A stretch of DNA of 64,000 bases from an uncultured cyanobacterium (GTDB lineage Bacteria; Cyanobacteriota; Cyanobacteriia; Cyanobacteriales; CAWCAG01): the NCBI GenBank assembly GCA_963793425.1, contig CAWCAG010000009.1, positions 576,001-640,000 of the forward strand, in the 5' to 3' direction. The notes below the pieces were generated by a model. That model had not been told where the DNA came from. It saw only the letters and a program-made list of their open reading frames with translations, and did no database searches. The stretch's first letter is position 1. Every line of letters begins with the position of its first letter. The position numbers were made by a program, and so were the translations under genes. Shown here in pieces: positions 61,521-64,000 of the stretch.

Positions 61521-62644
61521 ATGTCTTATTCTTCTTTCCTTAAAGGTATTCCTGGCGCATTGGCTCAACCCTTCAGTATCGCTGTACTCGCTTCTATTGG
61601 CGTTCATGGAATTGCAGCCTTCGCTATACCAAGCTTTTATCCTGCCCCCGCAGAAGAAGAATCTCAGCCTGTGGGTTTACTCAACGCCTCTGAAATCAAC
61701 CAAAGTGGTTTGCCTGCTTTAGAAAGACCTCCAGAAGAATATACTTCACAACGATCTAGCCCTAAAAAACAATCTGACTCTTTGCAACAAAGAACTGTTA
61801 GTGGGATTTCTCGTAGTGGTCGTTATGGTACAAAAACAAGTAGGAATCCTACTCAGGCTCAAAAGCAACCGCAACAAAGGCAACCGACACCTGAAGAAAT
61901 AAAAAAGATTGAGAAAAACTTGAACCAAAAACTTGCTCAGCTAAGAAAAAAAGATGCACAGGTTACAGGAGAACAAAGACAGCAAAATGAAGCATATAGA
62001 AAGAAGTTAGAGGAAGCAGAAAGACAGCAAAATGAAGAAAAACAACGATTAGCAAAAAGAGCTGAACAGCAACAACAACGAGCAAGACAGAATCAAAACG
62101 ATAGCAAAGATCCTAATCCCACTCCAAATCAAGATAAAACTCCTGAAAATACAACAACAGTTACGAGTAATAATGATCGAGAAAAGGATCAAGGATTTGA
62201 AAGTGGGCAGACCATACCTAAAATAGCTCTAGGTAACGGAATACCCAAAACTCAAGAAGTTCCGCCACAATTAAGAGAACAACTTACTTATCAACCAAGT
62301 GGTACTACTCAAGCTGAGGCTGATAACAAACGTGAGATTTGGAAACAACAAATAAGTCCACTTTCTACTGACCAGAATCGATATCTATAGAGGGTAAATA
62401 TCCCCAAGATGCTTGCTCAGGAGAGAAAGTAGAAGGCTCTGCTACTTATGGAGTTGTAGTTGATCCTGAAGGCAAAATTGTTGGTCAGCCAACTCTGATA
62501 CAAAGTGCAGGTTATCCTGTTTTGAATCAACAAGCCATAGCAGATTTGCAAAGTTCTCAGCAATTTGCCAAAAATCCTCAACTTACCCCTTATTTAGTTG
62601 AGATTACATATCCTTATAACCCGCAAGTTTGTCCAGACAACTAA
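61521..62644 (+). CDS. TonB-like protein; apparent 1-nt deletion near 62371
   Basis: TM anchor with SxxxH (LASIGVHG) and a Gln/charged linker. The shifted frame continues PESISIEGKYPQDAC..EGSATYGVVVDPEG..QSAGYPVLNQQA..CPDN* to 62644. Confidence 0.75.
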
Positions 62645-62794
62645 ACCGGGTTTATTAACCCAGAATTATTTATCGTAGAGGCGACGTGTTTTCCCTGTCT
62701 TAGAAAAAACCACAAATCTGAATTAGGTCGCCCAATCTCTCCTTAGTGTCCAATAAAGTAGTACAATCAAGCTGAATATATAGTCACAAAGCCT

Positions 62795-63031
62795 ATGGCA
62801 CTTACTGAAGCTCAAACTCTCTTAGTTGGATTATTGTACTTAGCCTTAAGCGGTGCATATCTAGTCGTGTTTCCTGGTTTGCTTTACTTATACCTGCAAA
62901 AACGCTGGTATGTAGCCTCTTCTTTTGAGCGGGCTTTCATGTATTTCTTGGTTTTCTTCTTCTTCCCAGGATTACTACTACTCAGTCCATTTCTGAACTT
63001 GCGACCAAAACCCAGATTCAGTAGGCAGTAA
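62795..63031 (+). CDS. ndhL: NAD(P)H-quinone oxidoreductase subunit L
   Basis: [45 protein letters not shown]. Confidence 0.93.
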   Translation: MALTEAQTLLVGLLYLALSGAYLVVFPGLLYLYLQKRWYVASSFERAFMYFLVFFFFPGLLLLSPFLNLRPKPRFSRQ

Positions 63032-63044
63032 GCGCCTTATCTCT

Positions 63045-63353
63045 ATGCGAAGAATTGATGCGATCGCAATTGCCTTTGGTGTCTTTGTTGCTGGAGGAGT
63101 TGCCTACTTGGTTTTGCAAATAGTGGGGCTTGATAGCCTTTCGGCAGGAGTTTGGAGTCAGGCACTCTTGGTTATGGGCTTGCTTGGTTGGATCTCTACA
63201 TATTTATTCCGGGTAGGGACAAAAAACATGAGCTATAACCAACAGATCAAAGAATATGAAGATGCCGTTTTGCAAAAGCGTTTAGAAGAAATGTCCCCAG
63301 AAGAATTAGCTAAGCTACAAGCAGAATTGGAAGAAGAGGAAGCTAGTAGTTAA
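63045..63353 (+). CDS. DUF3007 family membrane protein
   Basis: MRRIDA.., SAGVWSQ, W..TYLFRV..MSY.QQ..YE, LQKRLEEM; usual position between ndhL and trpA. Confidence 0.85.
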   Translation: MRRIDAIAIAFGVFVAGGVAYLVLQIVGLDSLSAGVWSQALLVMGLLGWISTYLFRVGTKNMSYNQQIKEYEDAVLQKRLEEMSPEELAKLQAELEEEEASS

Positions 63354-63458
63354 ATGCTAATTGCTAGCAGTAATAAATTTTTCCCGATATCTTTACTGCT
63401 CCCCACTCCCTACTCCCTGCTCCCCGACCCTAGCAAGACAATCTAAATACCTGACAGC

Positions 63459-63494
63459 TTACTTATTACTTATTACTTATTACTTATTACTTAC
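63459..63494. repeat. STRR (TTATTAC)x4 plus partial units
   Basis: Read directly upstream of trpA. Confidence 0.88.
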
Positions 63495-63499
63495 CCTAA

Positions 63500-64000
63500 A
63501 TGATCTCGGTTTCCGCTTGTTTTAAAACCCTCCGTAGTCGTTCTCAGTGTGCTTTTATTCCTTTTATAACGGCTGGAGATCCGGATCTTGCTACTACTGC
63601 CCGTGCTTTGAAGTTACTTGATCAAGTAGGGGCAGACATGATTGAATTGGGGGTTCCCTATTCCGATCCCCTCGCAGATGGACCAATTATTCAAGCCGCA
63701 GCAACCAGGGCTTTAGCAAAGGGCGTTAGGTTAGAAGATGTTTTGCAAGTTGTGCGGGATGTTTCAGGAGAAATTGCTGCACCAATTATTCTTTTTACCT
63801 ATTACAATCCGATTTTTTATCGGGGCATTGAAGCATTTCTAGACCAAATTGTCGCAGCAGGGGTAAAAGGTTTAGTTGTACCAGATTTACCCCTAGAAGA
63901 AGCAGAAACCCTCCTTAAACCCGCTGCCGAGAAAGGAATTGAAGTTATCTTACTTGTTGCCCCAACTTCCCCCCTTGAACGTATAGAAGCGATTGCAACT
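63500..64000 (+). CDS. trpA: Tryptophan synthase alpha subunit (5' part, runs off the window)
   Basis: [54 protein letters not shown]. Confidence 0.96.
   Translation, partial: MISVSACFKTLRSRSQCAFIPFITAGDPDLATTARALKLLDQVGADMIELGVPYSDPLADGPIIQAAATRALAKGVRLEDVLQVVRDVSGEIAAPIILFTYYNPIFYRGIEAFLDQIVAAGVKGLVVPDLPLEEAETLLKPAAEKGIEVILLVAPTSPLERIEAIAT

Overview
AT-rich (roughly 40% GC) chromosomal segment of a cyanobacterium. Evidence: about 35-40 HIP1 GCGATCGC octamers by manual count, heptamer STRR runs, ndhL, sigC, xisH/xisI and cdv3. It is mostly housekeeping: secA, proS, cobJ/cbiJ, sigC, lipA, tRNA-Pro(CGG), larB, purSQ, nrdAB with tandem NrdR boxes, ligA, coaD, gor, miaB, ndhL and the start of trpA. 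There are two accessory zones. Zone 1 (38.2-42.0 kb) holds a protein resembling the N-terminal domain of eukaryotic AAR2, an Rpn nuclease, a PD-(D/E)XK protein and xisHI. Zone 2 (55.2-61.4 kb) holds two integrase-free cassettes (xisHI; an internalin-like LRR gene). Each cassette sits between two copies of a gene 3' end that differ almost only at synonymous sites. Zone 2 also has LRR repeats with a near-identical framework and hypervariable binding-face codons, nested 21-25 nt mobile repeats, and a tnpB-only IS200/IS605 element that truncates a second LRR gene. A heme-oxygenase-like diiron enzyme lies convergent with a 3-TM sensor kinase and is a candidate signal synthase/receptor pair. Four apparent single-base deletions (secA, both LRR genes, a TonB-like gene) probably reflect assembly errors. 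All family assignments come from motif recognition; no searches were run.
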